DNA of 64,000 nt from an uncultured Kiloniellaceae bacterium. Its GTDB lineage: Bacteria > Pseudomonadota > Alphaproteobacteria > Kiloniellales > Kiloniellaceae. The DNA is taken from the NCBI GenBank assembly GCA_947493695.1, contig CANLSF010000010.1, forward strand, positions 48,225-112,224. The letters run 5' to 3'. The notes beneath the pieces were generated by a model. That model saw only the letters and a program-made list of their open reading frames with translations. It ran no database searches and was not told where the DNA came from. This document shows positions 54,617 through 64,000 of this stretch, in pieces (within the stretch, counting starts at the first letter, position 1; every line of letters starts with the position of its first letter). A program made the position numbers and the translations under genes.

Positions 54617-56194
54617 TCACTTCACGTTTACGAAGTGCAGCATGAACTGATTGTCAGCCCGCTGTACGAGATCTACAGAGTCTTTCTTGGCCCATGCCAG
54701 TCCCTGTTGATGCAGCGGGATATAGCCGACATCTTCGGCCACCATGTCATAGGCTGCTTCGATCTTGCTGTCCCGGGTTGCCGGATCAGTTTCGACAAGC
54801 ACTTCATCGGTCAGCTTGTCGACACCGGGATTGCAGTAGCCACCAAGGTTGAACTTGGCGCGGGTTGCCTTCTCGTCACGGCAGGCAAGCAGGTTGTACA
54901 TGACATTCCAGCTGTCGAAGCTGCCTGGTGTCCAGCCCAGCATGTAGAAGCTGGTGTCGAAATCCAGGACCTTCTTGAAGTACAGAGCCTTCGGCTGCGC
55001 AAGCAGATCAACTTTCACACCGACCTTGGCAAGCATTGCGACGACGGCCTGACAGATCGCTTCGTCATTGACGTAGCGGTTGTTCGGGCAGTCCATGCTG
55101 AGCTCGAAGCCATCGGGATAACCCGCATCGGCCAAAAGGGCCTTCGCAGACTCGGGATCATATCCGATCCGCTCGTACTTCGCGGATTTGGAGAAGAGGA
55201 ACGGCGAAACCATGATGGCTGACGGCGTAGAGAGATTACGCATGATCTTCTTACGGATCGTATCGACGTCGATAGCCTTGTAGAAAGCCTCGCGGACGCG
55301 CTTGTCCTTGAAGGGGTTCTTACCCTTGATGTTGGAATAGAGCAGCTCATCACGAGACTGGTCCATGCCCAGGAAAATCGTACGCAACTCGGGACCGGTC
55401 ATGGTCGCGGTACCGCCGTTGGACTCGATACGCTTAATGTCCTGAACGGGCACCGGATACATCATATCGATTTCGCCGGACAGCAAAGCCGCAACGCGGG
55501 TCGCATCGGAGGAAATCGGTGTGAAAATGCCTTCGGTGACGTTGTGTTTCGCTTCGTCCCACCAGTCGGCATTCGGCTTGAACACGGTCCGGACATCAGT
55601 TTCGCGCTCGACGATCTTGAAAGGACCGGTGCCGTTCGCGTTGAAGGCGGCGTAGTTGTTGGCGTCCTTCGTGACGTCGGTCGGTGCGGTGGCGTTGTTC
55701 TCCTCCGACCATTCTTTGTCCATGATCAGCACGTTGTCCCACTCGTAATAGACGATGGGATTCGGCTTCGAGGTGATGATGTCGACCGTGTAGTCGTCGA
55801 CCTTAACGACCTTTGTGTCTGCCGCGACTTTGGTCTTGATATCAGACCCGTCCATACGAACGCGGTCAAAGGTGAAGATCACGTCGTCAGCATTGAAGTC
55901 ATTGCCGTTGTGGAATTTCACGCCTTTGCGCAACGTAAAACGCCAATGGTTGGGATCAAGAAGTTCCCAGCTTTCGGCAAGACTTGGAAGAATCTGAAGA
56001 TCGGGACCGCGCCGGACCAGGCCTTCATAAACGTTGCTCAGAAAACCAAGCGTGAAGGTCTCGTTCAGCGTATGCGGATCAAGCGACTGGGCATCGCCCT
56101 GGAATGCCCACTTGAACGTCTTTGCCTGCGCGCCGGTCGCTACGCAGAGTGCCGCCACACTGGCGACGGCAATCAGGCTATGTCGTAAGCCCAT
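54617..56194 (-). CDS. ABC substrate-binding protein, family 5
   Basis: Signal peptide MGLRHSLIAVASVAALCVATGAQA. I prefer ATG 56194. Confidence 0.85.
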   Translation of the reverse strand: MGLRHSLIAVASVAALCVATGAQAKTFKWAFQGDAQSLDPHTLNETFTLGFLSNVYEGLVRRGPDLQILPSLAESWELLDPNHWRFTLRKGVKFHNGNDFNADDVIFTFDRVRMDGSDIKTKVAADTKVVKVDDYTVDIITSKPNPIVYYEWDNVLIMDKEWSEENNATAPTDVTKDANNYAAFNANGTGPFKIVERETDVRTVFKPNADWWDEAKHNVTEGIFTPISSDATRVAALLSGEIDMMYPVPVQDIKRIESNGGTATMTGPELRTIFLGMDQSRDELLYSNIKGKNPFKDKRVREAFYKAIDVDTIRKKIMRNLSTPSAIMVSPFLFSKSAKYERIGYDPESAKALLADAGYPDGFELSMDCPNNRYVNDEAICQAVVAMLAKVGVKVDLLAQPKALYFKKVLDFDTSFYMLGWTPGSFDSWNVMYNLLACRDEKATRAKFNLGGYCNPGVDKLTDEVLVETDPATRDSKIEAAYDMVAEDVGYIPLHQQGLAWAKKDSVDLVQRADNQFMLHFVNVK

Positions 56195-56428
56195 CTTTAA
56201 CCCCCTGTTGGTTGTGCTTAAATCGTCGTTTATATCCGAAGTCTTTGCCCGGTCAGAAACCATAAGCCTCTTGCCGACCCGGGCCAACTTCTGTTAGCCG
56301 TCAGCCTAGTACGGTGTTGCACAAGGAAACAAGCTTCTAGAGTGCGCTGTGGATTGATTGACGCAGTCAAAATTCTAAATTGCGCCCTAAGCATATGATA
56401 AAGAGAGCATTTTACTCATCGCGCTGAT

Positions 56429-56440
56429 TTTATTAATAAA
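56429..56440. promoter_or_regulatory. perfect 12-bp palindrome TTTATTAATAAA (TTATTAATAA box) in a divergent promoter region
   Basis: Read directly. The same core recurs twice at 59659-59680. A second palindrome, TTGAC-GCA-GTCAA, lies at 56358-56370. Confidence 0.4.
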
Positions 56441-56601
56441 GGTCAGATTTTCAGTGTAAAACCATCATAAATCACAAGAAAAAACGAGATTGAGATCACT
56501 GTGCGGTCATCCGGCAGAAACATAGGCTGCCGGATCGCCTCAGCCGACAGACACAAAAAGATAGGCGCCCCGAGACAGGCGCAGAGCTTCAGGAGAGTGT
56601 G

Positions 56602-57993
56602 ATGACTTCTTTGCCCAATTCGACCGCCAGCCGGGACATCGCCTATCATTTCCATCCCTACACAAATGCCCGCAAACATGAGGCGGAAGGCCCCCTTGTG
56701 ATTGCAAAGGGCAAGGGCATTCATGTCTTTGATGAACAAGGCAAAGAGTACATCGAGGGCATGGCCGGTCTCTGGAGCACATCCCTGGGATTCGGCGAAG
56801 AACGCCTGATCGATGCAGCGACAAAACAGATGCGCGAACTGCCCTATTACCATGCCTTCAATCACAAGGTCTCGACCCCCAGTGTGGATCTGGCCGAGAA
56901 GCTCATCGAGCTGGCGCCGGTCAAGATGTCAAAGGTTGCTTTCGCCAACTCCGGCTCCGAAGCCAACGATACGGTGGTCAAGTTCGTCTGGTACTACAAC
57001 AACGCCCTTGGACGTCCTGAGAAGAAAAAGATTATCAGCCGAATCAAAGGCTACCACGGGGTCACCGTGGCCTCGGGCAGCATGACCGGCCTGCCCGCAA
57101 ATCATGCGGATTTCGATCTGCCGATCACCAACATCCTCCACACCTCCTGCCCGCACTACTATCGCTTCGGCCTTGAAGGAGAGAGCGAGGAGGAGTTCGC
57201 CACGCGTATGGCCGCGGACCTGGAACAGATGATTCAGGAGGAAGGCCCCGACACAGTAGCCGCCTTCATCGCCGAGCCCGTGATGGGGGCCGGCGGCGTG
57301 ATTGTACCTCCCGCCACCTACTGGGAAAAAATCCAGACCGTCCTGGCAAAATACGACATCCTACTGGTTGCAGACGAAGTGATCTGCGGATTCGGGCGCA
57401 CCGGCGAATCCTTTGGCTCGGTCACTTTCGGCATCAAACCCGACATCATGGTCATGGCGAAGGCCCTGAGTTCCTCGTACCTGCCTATCTCCGCCGTCAT
57501 GATTGCCGACAAGGTCTATCAGGTCCTGGCGGACAACAGCGCAAAGATCGGAGTCTTCGGTCACGGCTACACCTACGCCGGACACCCTGTAAGTGCTGCG
57601 GTGGCACTCGAAACTCTGAAAATCTATGAAGAGCGGAAGCTGTTTGATCACGCCCGTGCGGTCGGACAGCACCTGCAATCCGGCCTCAGAAAATTCGCCG
57701 ATCGCCCCTTTGTCGGGGAGGTGCGTGGTATCGGCCTGATCGGCGCGATTGAGCTGGTTGCGGACAAAGCCACCAAGGCGCCCTTCGATCCCATCGGCAA
57801 GGTTGGTGGCTATCTGGTCAGCCGGGCGCAGGAGCACGGCCTCATTTTACGCAACCTGGGCGACAGCATTGCTTTCTCCCCGCCCCTCATCATCACGGAA
57901 GCCCAGGTTGACGACATGCTTGAACGCTTCGAAAAGGCATTTAACGACACGCAGGACTGGCTGGCGCAGGACGCAGACGCACCAGCACATTGA
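56602..57993 (+). CDS. class-III (omega) aminotransferase
   Basis: AGLWSTSLGFG, ADEVICGFGRTG and PLP-Lys MVMAKALSSSYLPI. AGGAGA SD upstream. The track start, GTG 56599, is one codon earlier. Confidence 0.9.
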   Translation: MTSLPNSTASRDIAYHFHPYTNARKHEAEGPLVIAKGKGIHVFDEQGKEYIEGMAGLWSTSLGFGEERLIDAATKQMRELPYYHAFNHKVSTPSVDLAEKLIELAPVKMSKVAFANSGSEANDTVVKFVWYYNNALGRPEKKKIISRIKGYHGVTVASGSMTGLPANHADFDLPITNILHTSCPHYYRFGLEGESEEEFATRMAADLEQMIQEEGPDTVAAFIAEPVMGAGGVIVPPATYWEKIQTVLAKYDILLVADEVICGFGRTGESFGSVTFGIKPDIMVMAKALSSSYLPISAVMIADKVYQVLADNSAKIGVFGHGYTYAGHPVSAAVALETLKIYEERKLFDHARAVGQHLQSGLRKFADRPFVGEVRGIGLIGAIELVADKATKAPFDPIGKVGGYLVSRAQEHGLILRNLGDSIAFSPPLIITEAQVDDMLERFEKAFNDTQDWLAQDADAPAH

Positions 57994-58347
57994 AGGCTCT
58001 ATTCGCCTCAACATGACTTTGGTCAAATGGCCAGCAAGGAAATTCGGCTATATAGTGTTTGACTGACGCGCCACTTAAAGACGGAAAGACGTAACCCTGC
58101 TGGTGGAAACCCATGAAGAACAGAGGCAGATCTAGAATTCTGTAACGTCTTCGTGAAGCCTGCGACCATCGGGCACGGAGACACTTAAAGAAATGCGGTG
58201 TAGTGCTACATTAGATATAGATTCTGTGTCTTCAGGCCCGCTTTTTTAACCATTGAGTGGCCTGATGCTTCTTTTTGTGCGCTTTTGGCCTGAAGTAACT
58301 GTGTAGAGGCCGCACTGATTTCGGTATTCGTTCGACAAGTTGGGAAC

Positions 58348-59565
58348 ATGAAGATGGACTATGAAGGCTTCTTCTCAGATGCAGTTTCAGGCCTGAAAAC
58401 TGAAGGCCGCTATCGGATATTTGCCGATCTGGAGCGCCGTGCAGGAGAGTTTCCAACCGCGACCCATCATCGGGGCGACGAACAGAGCAGCGTTACCGTC
58501 TGGTGCTCAAACGATTACCTGGGCATGGGCCAGCACCCAGACGTTATTGCCGCCATTCACGAGGCCGTCGACCGTTGCGGCGCGGGCGCTGGCGGCACAC
58601 GGAACATTTCCGGTACCAATCACTATCATGTCCTGCTTGAGCGCGAGCTCGCGGATCTGCATGGCAAGGAAGGTGCTCTTCTTTTCACATCAGGTTATGT
58701 GTCCAACTGGGCGGCCCTGGGCACATTAGCGAGCCGCCTGCCGGATTGCGTCGTGCTGTCCGATTCCCTCAACCATGCTTCGATGATCGAGGGAATCCGC
58801 CACAGCCGGGCCGAACGCAAGATCTTCAAACACAGCGACCCCGAGGACCTCGATCGCCTGCTGAGCGAAATCGACCCGGCGCGCCCTAAACTCGTCGCCT
58901 TCGAATCGGTTTATTCAATGGACGGGGACATTGCCCCGATTGCCGAGATTTGCGACGTGGCCGACAAACACGGTGCCATGACCTATCTGGACGAAGTTCA
59001 TGCGGTTGGTCTCTACGGACCCCGCGGTGGTGGCGTCGCAGAGCGTGAAGGTCTCATGGATCGCCTGACGGTCATTGAGGGCACCCTAGGCAAAGCCTTC
59101 GGCGTCTTTGGTGGCTACATCGCCGCCACTGACGCTCTGGTGGATTTTGTTCGCAGCTTTGCTTCAGGCTTCATCTTCACAACCTCCCTGCCACCCGCAG
59201 TCGCAGCAGGCGCCTGTGCGAGCATCAAGCACCTGAAGGCGAGCAACATCGAACGTGAGCGCCATCAGGAACGTGCTGCGACCGTGAAGGCTCGACTGCT
59301 CGCCGCCGGCCTGCCCGTGATGCCATCAGTGAGCCATATCGTGCCGGTTGCTGTCGGAGATCCGGTCTTGTGCCGTCAGGTCACGGACACACTCCTGGAC
59401 AGCTACGGTATCTATGTGCAGCCGATCAACTATCCCACGGTGCCGCGCGGAACCGAACGCCTGCGTTTGACGCCGTCTCCCCTGCACAGTGACGCGGACA
59501 TCGATCATCTTGTCTCGGCTCTGCTCGACATCTGGCAGGATCTCAAGCTCGATCGTGCAGCCTGA
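58348..59565 (+). CDS. hemA: 5-aminolevulinate synthase
   Basis: [51 protein letters not shown] and PLP-Lys [14 protein letters not shown]. Confidence 0.95.
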   Translation: MKMDYEGFFSDAVSGLKTEGRYRIFADLERRAGEFPTATHHRGDEQSSVTVWCSNDYLGMGQHPDVIAAIHEAVDRCGAGAGGTRNISGTNHYHVLLERELADLHGKEGALLFTSGYVSNWAALGTLASRLPDCVVLSDSLNHASMIEGIRHSRAERKIFKHSDPEDLDRLLSEIDPARPKLVAFESVYSMDGDIAPIAEICDVADKHGAMTYLDEVHAVGLYGPRGGGVAEREGLMDRLTVIEGTLGKAFGVFGGYIAATDALVDFVRSFASGFIFTTSLPPAVAAGACASIKHLKASNIERERHQERAATVKARLLAAGLPVMPSVSHIVPVAVGDPVLCRQVTDTLLDSYGIYVQPINYPTVPRGTERLRLTPSPLHSDADIDHLVSALLDIWQDLKLDRAA

Positions 59566-59658
59566 AATCGGTCTTCTGATCACCAGCCTGCGCCCGGCAA
59601 AGTATTTGCCCAAGAAATCAAAAGGCCGCAGGTACCGATTCAGAAGACAGCATTGCTG

Positions 59659-59680
59659 TTATTAATACACCTATTAATAA
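59659..59680. promoter_or_regulatory. two adjacent TTATTAATA(A) boxes (TTATTAATA-cacc-TATTAATAA)
   Basis: Read directly. Located about 240 nt upstream of the ABC ATPase gene at 59919. Confidence 0.4.
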
Positions 59681-59918
59681 AGTCTCTTCTGTCCCGTTTT
59701 TACCTTTTTCCGTTTCGGAGTATTCCGACTCGAAACGGAAGACTGTGGCTGATCCTCCCGATATGTGTTTGTTTTCAAACAAGAATTCGCGACAGGAAAA
59801 AACCTGAGCATAAGGCGTGACAATCGGCGACTATTTAGCGTAGCGTTACCGTAACAGAGCGGGTACACGACGGCACAAGACCTGGAAGACCCGCCAAATA
59901 TCAGCAGGACAGGGCTGA

Positions 59919-61013
59919 ATGGTGGCTGAGAACGCAGAAATCCTCGTACGCTTCGAGGAGGTCCAAAAAAGCTATGACGGCGAAGTGCTTGTCGTCAAAA
60001 ATCTCAATCTCGATATAGCCAAAGGCGAATTTCTGACCATGCTGGGACCGTCCGGTTCCGGCAAGACAACCTGTTTGATGATGCTGGCGGGTTTCGAAAC
60101 CGCGACACACGGCAAAATCATTCTGGATGGTGAGTCAATCAACAACGTACCGCCGCACAAGCGCGATATCGGTATGGTGTTTCAGAATTACGCGCTTTTT
60201 CCGCACATGACGGTTGCGGAGAATCTGGCCTATCCCCTCGTCGTGCGCAAAATGAGCAAAAGCGACATTGAGGCGCGTGTGCAGCGGGCACTGGACATGG
60301 TTCAGCTCGGTGGATTCGCAGGTCGCCGCCCCGCACAGCTCTCGGGCGGGCAGGCTCAGCGTGTCGCCGTCGCCAGAGCGCTGGTCTTTGAGCCTAAGCT
60401 GGTGCTGATGGACGAGCCGCTGGGCGCGCTCGACAAGCAACTGCGCGAGCAGATGCAGTACGAGATTAAACACATTCATGACAACCTCGGCGTGACGGTC
60501 GTCTACGTGACTCACGACCAGTCGGAAGCCCTGACAATGTCAGACCGGGTTGCGGTCTTTAACGACGGCGTCATCCAGCAACTGGCGCCGCCTGATCAGC
60601 TTTACGAACTGCCCGAGAACTCCTTCGTGGCCCAGTTCATCGGCGAAAACAATAAGCTGTCGGGCAAAGTCACGGCTGTAAACGGCAGCACCTGTACCGT
60701 CGAAGTTGACGGCAGCGGCGAGGTCAAGGCCGTCCCCGTCAACATCGACGGAATCGGCAGTCGTTCATCTCTTTCACTGCGCCCGGAACGGGTCATGGTG
60801 AACCCCTCCGACGGCACCTGCCCGAATGTTTTCGACGCACAGGTGGAAGAACTGATTTACCTCGGCGACCATATGCGCACCCGCGTTTCGGTTTGTGGCC
60901 ATGATGATTTCATCGTCAAGGTCCCGAACTCCGCTGGCCATGTGCATCTGCGCCCCGGTGAGACAGTGAAAGTCGGTTGGCAGGCAGAAGATTGCAGGGC
61001 GCTGGACGCTTAA
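59919..61013 (+). CDS. ABC transporter ATP-binding protein, PotA type
   Basis: Walker A GPSGSGKTT, signature LSGGQAQR, Walker B LVLMDEPLGALD. Confidence 0.9.
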   Translation: MVAENAEILVRFEEVQKSYDGEVLVVKNLNLDIAKGEFLTMLGPSGSGKTTCLMMLAGFETATHGKIILDGESINNVPPHKRDIGMVFQNYALFPHMTVAENLAYPLVVRKMSKSDIEARVQRALDMVQLGGFAGRRPAQLSGGQAQRVAVARALVFEPKLVLMDEPLGALDKQLREQMQYEIKHIHDNLGVTVVYVTHDQSEALTMSDRVAVFNDGVIQQLAPPDQLYELPENSFVAQFIGENNKLSGKVTAVNGSTCTVEVDGSGEVKAVPVNIDGIGSRSSLSLRPERVMVNPSDGTCPNVFDAQVEELIYLGDHMRTRVSVCGHDDFIVKVPNSAGHVHLRPGETVKVGWQAEDCRALDA

Positions 61014-61191
61014 GGCCATCGAACCGGCCACACGCGTCTGCGCCCGTTCGCACAGAAAGGCTCCAACGCCATTGTGAGTGCTTAAACAATAATAAAAGTC
61101 CCGCGGTGACCGTCGAAGATGTCCCGCAACTTCCGATACCTGAATGAGTTAGAGTGAAACAGACGCTTAATAACTGGGAGAAGTAAGAGCG

Positions 61192-62271
61192 ATGAACAGA
61201 ATGATGAAATACACCGGAGCAGCGGTCGTGGCCCTCTCGGCTGCGGCTTATGCGGCTGGCCCTGCAGCTGCAGCCGATGCCCTGACAGTTGTGTCCTGGG
61301 GCGGTGCTTACACCAAGAGTCAGGTTGAGGCCTACCACAAGCCTTACACTGCAAAGACCGGCACCAAGATCAATTCCGAAGATTACAACGGCGGTCTGGC
61401 GCAGGTACGTGCACAGGTCGAAGCCGGCAACGTAACCTGGAATCTGGTCGATGTTGAGCTCTCTGACGCCGTTCGCGGTTGCGACGAGGGTATTCTCGAG
61501 CCCATCGATCATTCCATCCTGCCTGCCGCGCCGGATGGTACGGCTGCTGCCGACGACTTCCTGCCGAACACTCTGACCGAATGTTCTGTCGGAACAATTG
61601 TCTGGTCGACGGTCTTCGCATTCGATGCCTCCAAGTATCCTGATGCCAAGCCAACCGAGATTGCCGATCTCTTCGACACCGAGAAGTTCCCGGGCAAGCG
61701 TGGCCTTCGTAAGAACCCGAAAGTGAACCTGGAATGGGCCCTGATGGCTGACGGTGTTCCTCTTGAGCAGGTCTATGAAGTTCTCGGTACGCCCGAGGGT
61801 GTCGACCGCGCCTTTGCGAAGCTGGATACCATCAAAGACGACGTGATCTGGTGGGAAGCTGGCGCACAGCCGCCACAGATGCTGGCTGATGGCGAAGTTT
61901 CCATCGCTTCGGCTTACAATGGTCGCCTCTTCAACGCGATCTTCACCGAGAAGAAGCCGTTCGAAATCATCTGGGACGGTCAGGTCTGGGATCTGGATCT
62001 CTGGGTGATCCCGAAGGGCGCCAAGAACATGGAAGCCACTCTGGACTTCGTGAAGTTTTCCACGGACACCCAGCGTTTGGCCGATCAGTCCAAGTGGATC
62101 TCCTACGGTCCGGTACGTCAGTCTTCCTTCCCGCTGGTCGCGGACGACGTGAAGCCTCACATGCCGACGGCACCGGAGAACTTCAAAGCAGCCCTTCAGA
62201 ACGACTTTGAGTTCTGGGCTGACAACGCAGACGAGCTGAACGAGCGCTTCGCAGCTTGGCTGGCGAAGTAA
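61192..62271 (+). CDS. periplasmic substrate-binding protein, family 1 (polyamine/PotD-F-like)
   Basis: Signal peptide MNRMMKYTGAAVVALSAAAYA. 359 aa. Sits in a PotA / permease operon context. Confidence 0.8.
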   Translation: MNRMMKYTGAAVVALSAAAYAAGPAAAADALTVVSWGGAYTKSQVEAYHKPYTAKTGTKINSEDYNGGLAQVRAQVEAGNVTWNLVDVELSDAVRGCDEGILEPIDHSILPAAPDGTAAADDFLPNTLTECSVGTIVWSTVFAFDASKYPDAKPTEIADLFDTEKFPGKRGLRKNPKVNLEWALMADGVPLEQVYEVLGTPEGVDRAFAKLDTIKDDVIWWEAGAQPPQMLADGEVSIASAYNGRLFNAIFTEKKPFEIIWDGQVWDLDLWVIPKGAKNMEATLDFVKFSTDTQRLADQSKWISYGPVRQSSFPLVADDVKPHMPTAPENFKAALQNDFEFWADNADELNERFAAWLAK

Positions 62272-62297
62272 TCTGCCGGCATTTGCCGTTTCGGATC

Positions 62298-62323
62298 GGC
62301 GGGAACCCTCAGTGGTTCCCGCC
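62298..62323 (+). other. intra-operon hairpin GGCGGGAACC-ctcagt-GGTTCCCGCC, flanked by outer arms CTGCCGGC / GCCGGCAG (62273-62341)
   Basis: Read directly. It lies between the SBP stop (62271) and the permease start (62418) and is followed by a T-rich tract. Confidence 0.6.
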
Positions 62324-62417
62324 ATTCCCGACGGCCGGCAGAAGTTTCATTTCGAATTTCTAATTTATTCGTTTGTTCGTTTTTATCTCACGAAGCGATT
62401 GGTTCTGGGGAAGTTAA

Positions 62418-63677
62418 ATGGCACAGGTTGAAGCAGGCGGCCCAATGCTGGACGCAGCCGGGGTTCCGCTGAAGGTCAGTTTGGCCCGTGCGGAACGCCG
62501 CAACCGGATGCGCGCGCTCGGTCTTGTCCTTCCCCTGCTCGCCTTCATTCTTATCACCTTCGTGTATCCGATTGCGCTGATGGTGTTTCGCGGCGTAGAC
62601 AATCCAACCGTAAGTGAATTTCTTCCCGAAACTGCGGAGATGCTGCGAGCTTGGGATGGAGAAGGCCTCCCCGAAGACGCAGTCTTTGCTTCCATGGCGC
62701 GTGAGTTCGCTAAGGCGAGCAAGGAGCGCACCCTTGGTAAGGTCGCGACCCGCCTGAACTACGAACTCTCGGGCTCGCGCAGTCTGGTCACGAAATCGGG
62801 CCGCAACCTGAGACGCTTGAAGACCGAACCCACCAAGGCCGATCTGGTCGCGCTCGACAAGCGCTGGAACCAACCCGAAACCTGGTCGGTGCTGAAGCGC
62901 CTCGCCGAGCCCTACACGCTTTCCTATTACCTCGCCGCTATCGACAAAACATACAACGTCGATGGGGCGATCGTCGATCAGCCGGAGTCCCGACAGATCT
63001 ACGTGGCGCTCTTCTTGCGTACTCTTTGGGTCAGCCTCCTCATCACGGCGCTTTGCGTCCTGCTCGCCTATCCCATCGCCTACCTGATGGCGATCCTGCC
63101 GACCAAGACCAGTAACCTGCTGATGATTCTGGTGCTCCTGCCCTTCTGGACATCACTTCTGGTGCGCACCTCCTCCTGGATCGTGCTGCTGCAAACCGAG
63201 GGCGTTCTTAACGATATCCTGGTTTGGACCGGAATTATCGGCGACGACGGCCGGATACAGATGATCTACAACATGACCGGCACGGTGGTCGCCATGGTGC
63301 ATATCCTGCTGCCTTTCATGGTGCTGCCGCTCTTCTCGGTCATGAAGACGATTTCACCTACCTATATGCGGGCCGCCAAATCACTCGGCGCAACCCCCGC
63401 ACGGGCCTTCTGGACTGTCTACTTCCCGCAAACAGTTCCCGGTATCGGCGCCGGTTCAATTCTCGTGTTCATTCTCGCGATCGGCTATTACATCACGCCC
63501 GCCCTGGTCGGCGGCCGGACCGGCCAGTTGATCAGTAATTTCATCGCCTACCACATGCAGCAGTCCCTGAACTGGGGTCTCGCCGCTGCGTTGGGCGGTA
63601 TCCTGCTGGCCGGCGTTCTGGCACTTTACTGGATCTACAACCGCCTCGTTGGCATCGACAACATGAAGCTGGGATAA
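62418..63677 (+). CDS. ABC permease, PotB-like with a long N-terminal periplasmic loop
   Basis: 419 aa. Loop MRAAKSLGATPARAFWTVYFPQTVPG. Confidence 0.85.
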   Translation: MAQVEAGGPMLDAAGVPLKVSLARAERRNRMRALGLVLPLLAFILITFVYPIALMVFRGVDNPTVSEFLPETAEMLRAWDGEGLPEDAVFASMAREFAKASKERTLGKVATRLNYELSGSRSLVTKSGRNLRRLKTEPTKADLVALDKRWNQPETWSVLKRLAEPYTLSYYLAAIDKTYNVDGAIVDQPESRQIYVALFLRTLWVSLLITALCVLLAYPIAYLMAILPTKTSNLLMILVLLPFWTSLLVRTSSWIVLLQTEGVLNDILVWTGIIGDDGRIQMIYNMTGTVVAMVHILLPFMVLPLFSVMKTISPTYMRAAKSLGATPARAFWTVYFPQTVPGIGAGSILVFILAIGYYITPALVGGRTGQLISNFIAYHMQQSLNWGLAAALGGILLAGVLALYWIYNRLVGIDNMKLG

Positions 63678-63683
63678 CGAAAG

Positions 63684-64000
63684 ATGGCAAGCGCACTCCC
63701 TCCCTATGTCGGTCCAATGGGCAAGCTCTGGCACTACAGCTTCCGCTTCGTCTGCGGCCTGATCTTCCTGTTTCTGATCCTGCCGATCCTGGTGATCATT
63801 CCCCTGTCGTTCAACGCGGAACCCTATTTCACCTTCAGTCCTGGCATGCTCGCGTTCGAGCCGGAAGCCTATTCGACGCGCTGGTATCACGACATCATCA
63901 ACAACGAACAATGGCTGTTTTCCATCAAGAACAGCTTCATTATCGCCTTCTTCGCGACCTTCCTGGCGACGGGACTGGGAACTCTGGCGGCCCTGGGCTT
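63684..64000 (+). CDS. ABC permease, PotC-like, N-terminal 105 codons (runs off the right edge)
   Basis: Own translation from ATG 63684: MASALPPYVGPMGKLWHYSFRFVCGLIFLFLILPILVIIPLSFN... This is the typical start of a PotC-type permease. It is not in the track because it is edge-truncated. Confidence 0.8.
   Translation, partial: MASALPPYVGPMGKLWHYSFRFVCGLIFLFLILPILVIIPLSFNAEPYFTFSPGMLAFEPEAYSTRWYHDIINNEQWLFSIKNSFIIAFFATFLATGLGTLAALG

Noticed and set aside
60916-62325. 469-aa minus-strand ORF
   Set aside because: It is antisense to the ABC ATPase 3' end and the whole SBP gene. The composition is Arg/Gly-rich and low-complexity, with no SD. I treat it as a shadow ORF.
1-64000. Search by eye for tRNA/rRNA genes, CRISPR arrays, IS elements, integrases, phage genes, or known defence-system components (cyclases, nucleases, helicases, methyltransferases, reverse transcriptases)
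   Set aside because: None was recognised. No regularly spaced direct repeats, no transposase- or integrase-like ORFs, and no T-arm/acceptor patterns were seen in the intergenic regions I read. An automated scan (tRNAscan-SE, Infernal, ISfinder, DefenseFinder/PADLOC) is needed to confirm this negative result.

Overview
This is a 64-kb chromosomal segment with alphaproteobacterial hallmarks: ALA synthase hemA, a MipZ-type ATPase, a 1045-aa PutA with a divergent Lrp-type regulator, a long-form PyrE and an SdhC. I call 59 protein-coding genes, 2 of them edge-truncated. I saw no rRNA, tRNA, CRISPR array, transposase or integrase by eye. The content is mostly solute uptake and amine/amino-acid catabolism. 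There are two polyamine-type ABC systems (6070-9960 and 59919 to past 64000), each near a class-III aminotransferase. Two family-5 peptide-type ABC systems are arranged convergently. The one at 43890-48883 lacks ATPase genes and is interrupted by a PilZ gene and an opposite-strand GST. The one at 50782-56194 is complete and has an M20 amidohydrolase and a HAD hydrolase appended. Other content includes an N-formylglutamate-amidohydrolase / GS-like / SDR trio, ALDH plus Fe-ADH plus Leu-dehydrogenase-type genes, a hybrid histidine kinase with a REC-GGDEF partner, cspA, and putA/putR. The most unusual stretch is a lower-GC islet of about 1.6 kb (35306-36916). It holds a 225-aa orphan with an LSxC...H arrangement recalling CNF1/BLF1-type deamidase toxins. 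Divergent from it is a ribbon-helix-helix gene overlapping a 132-aa unknown gene (a toxin-antitoxin-like layout) behind a 20-bp palindrome. Other points worth a second look are listed here.
- A patatin-like lipase is translationally coupled to a 229-aa unknown protein.
- An orphan sdhC sits in a three-gene set of small proteins.
- An ECF sigma factor has a Cys-containing C-terminal extension.
- Two long AT-rich non-coding tracts (15754-16793 and 30062-30764) carry strong hairpins.
- A TTATTAATAA box recurs.
All family assignments are motif recognition by eye from the supplied translations. No database search, folding or statistics were run, and start codons are often provisional.
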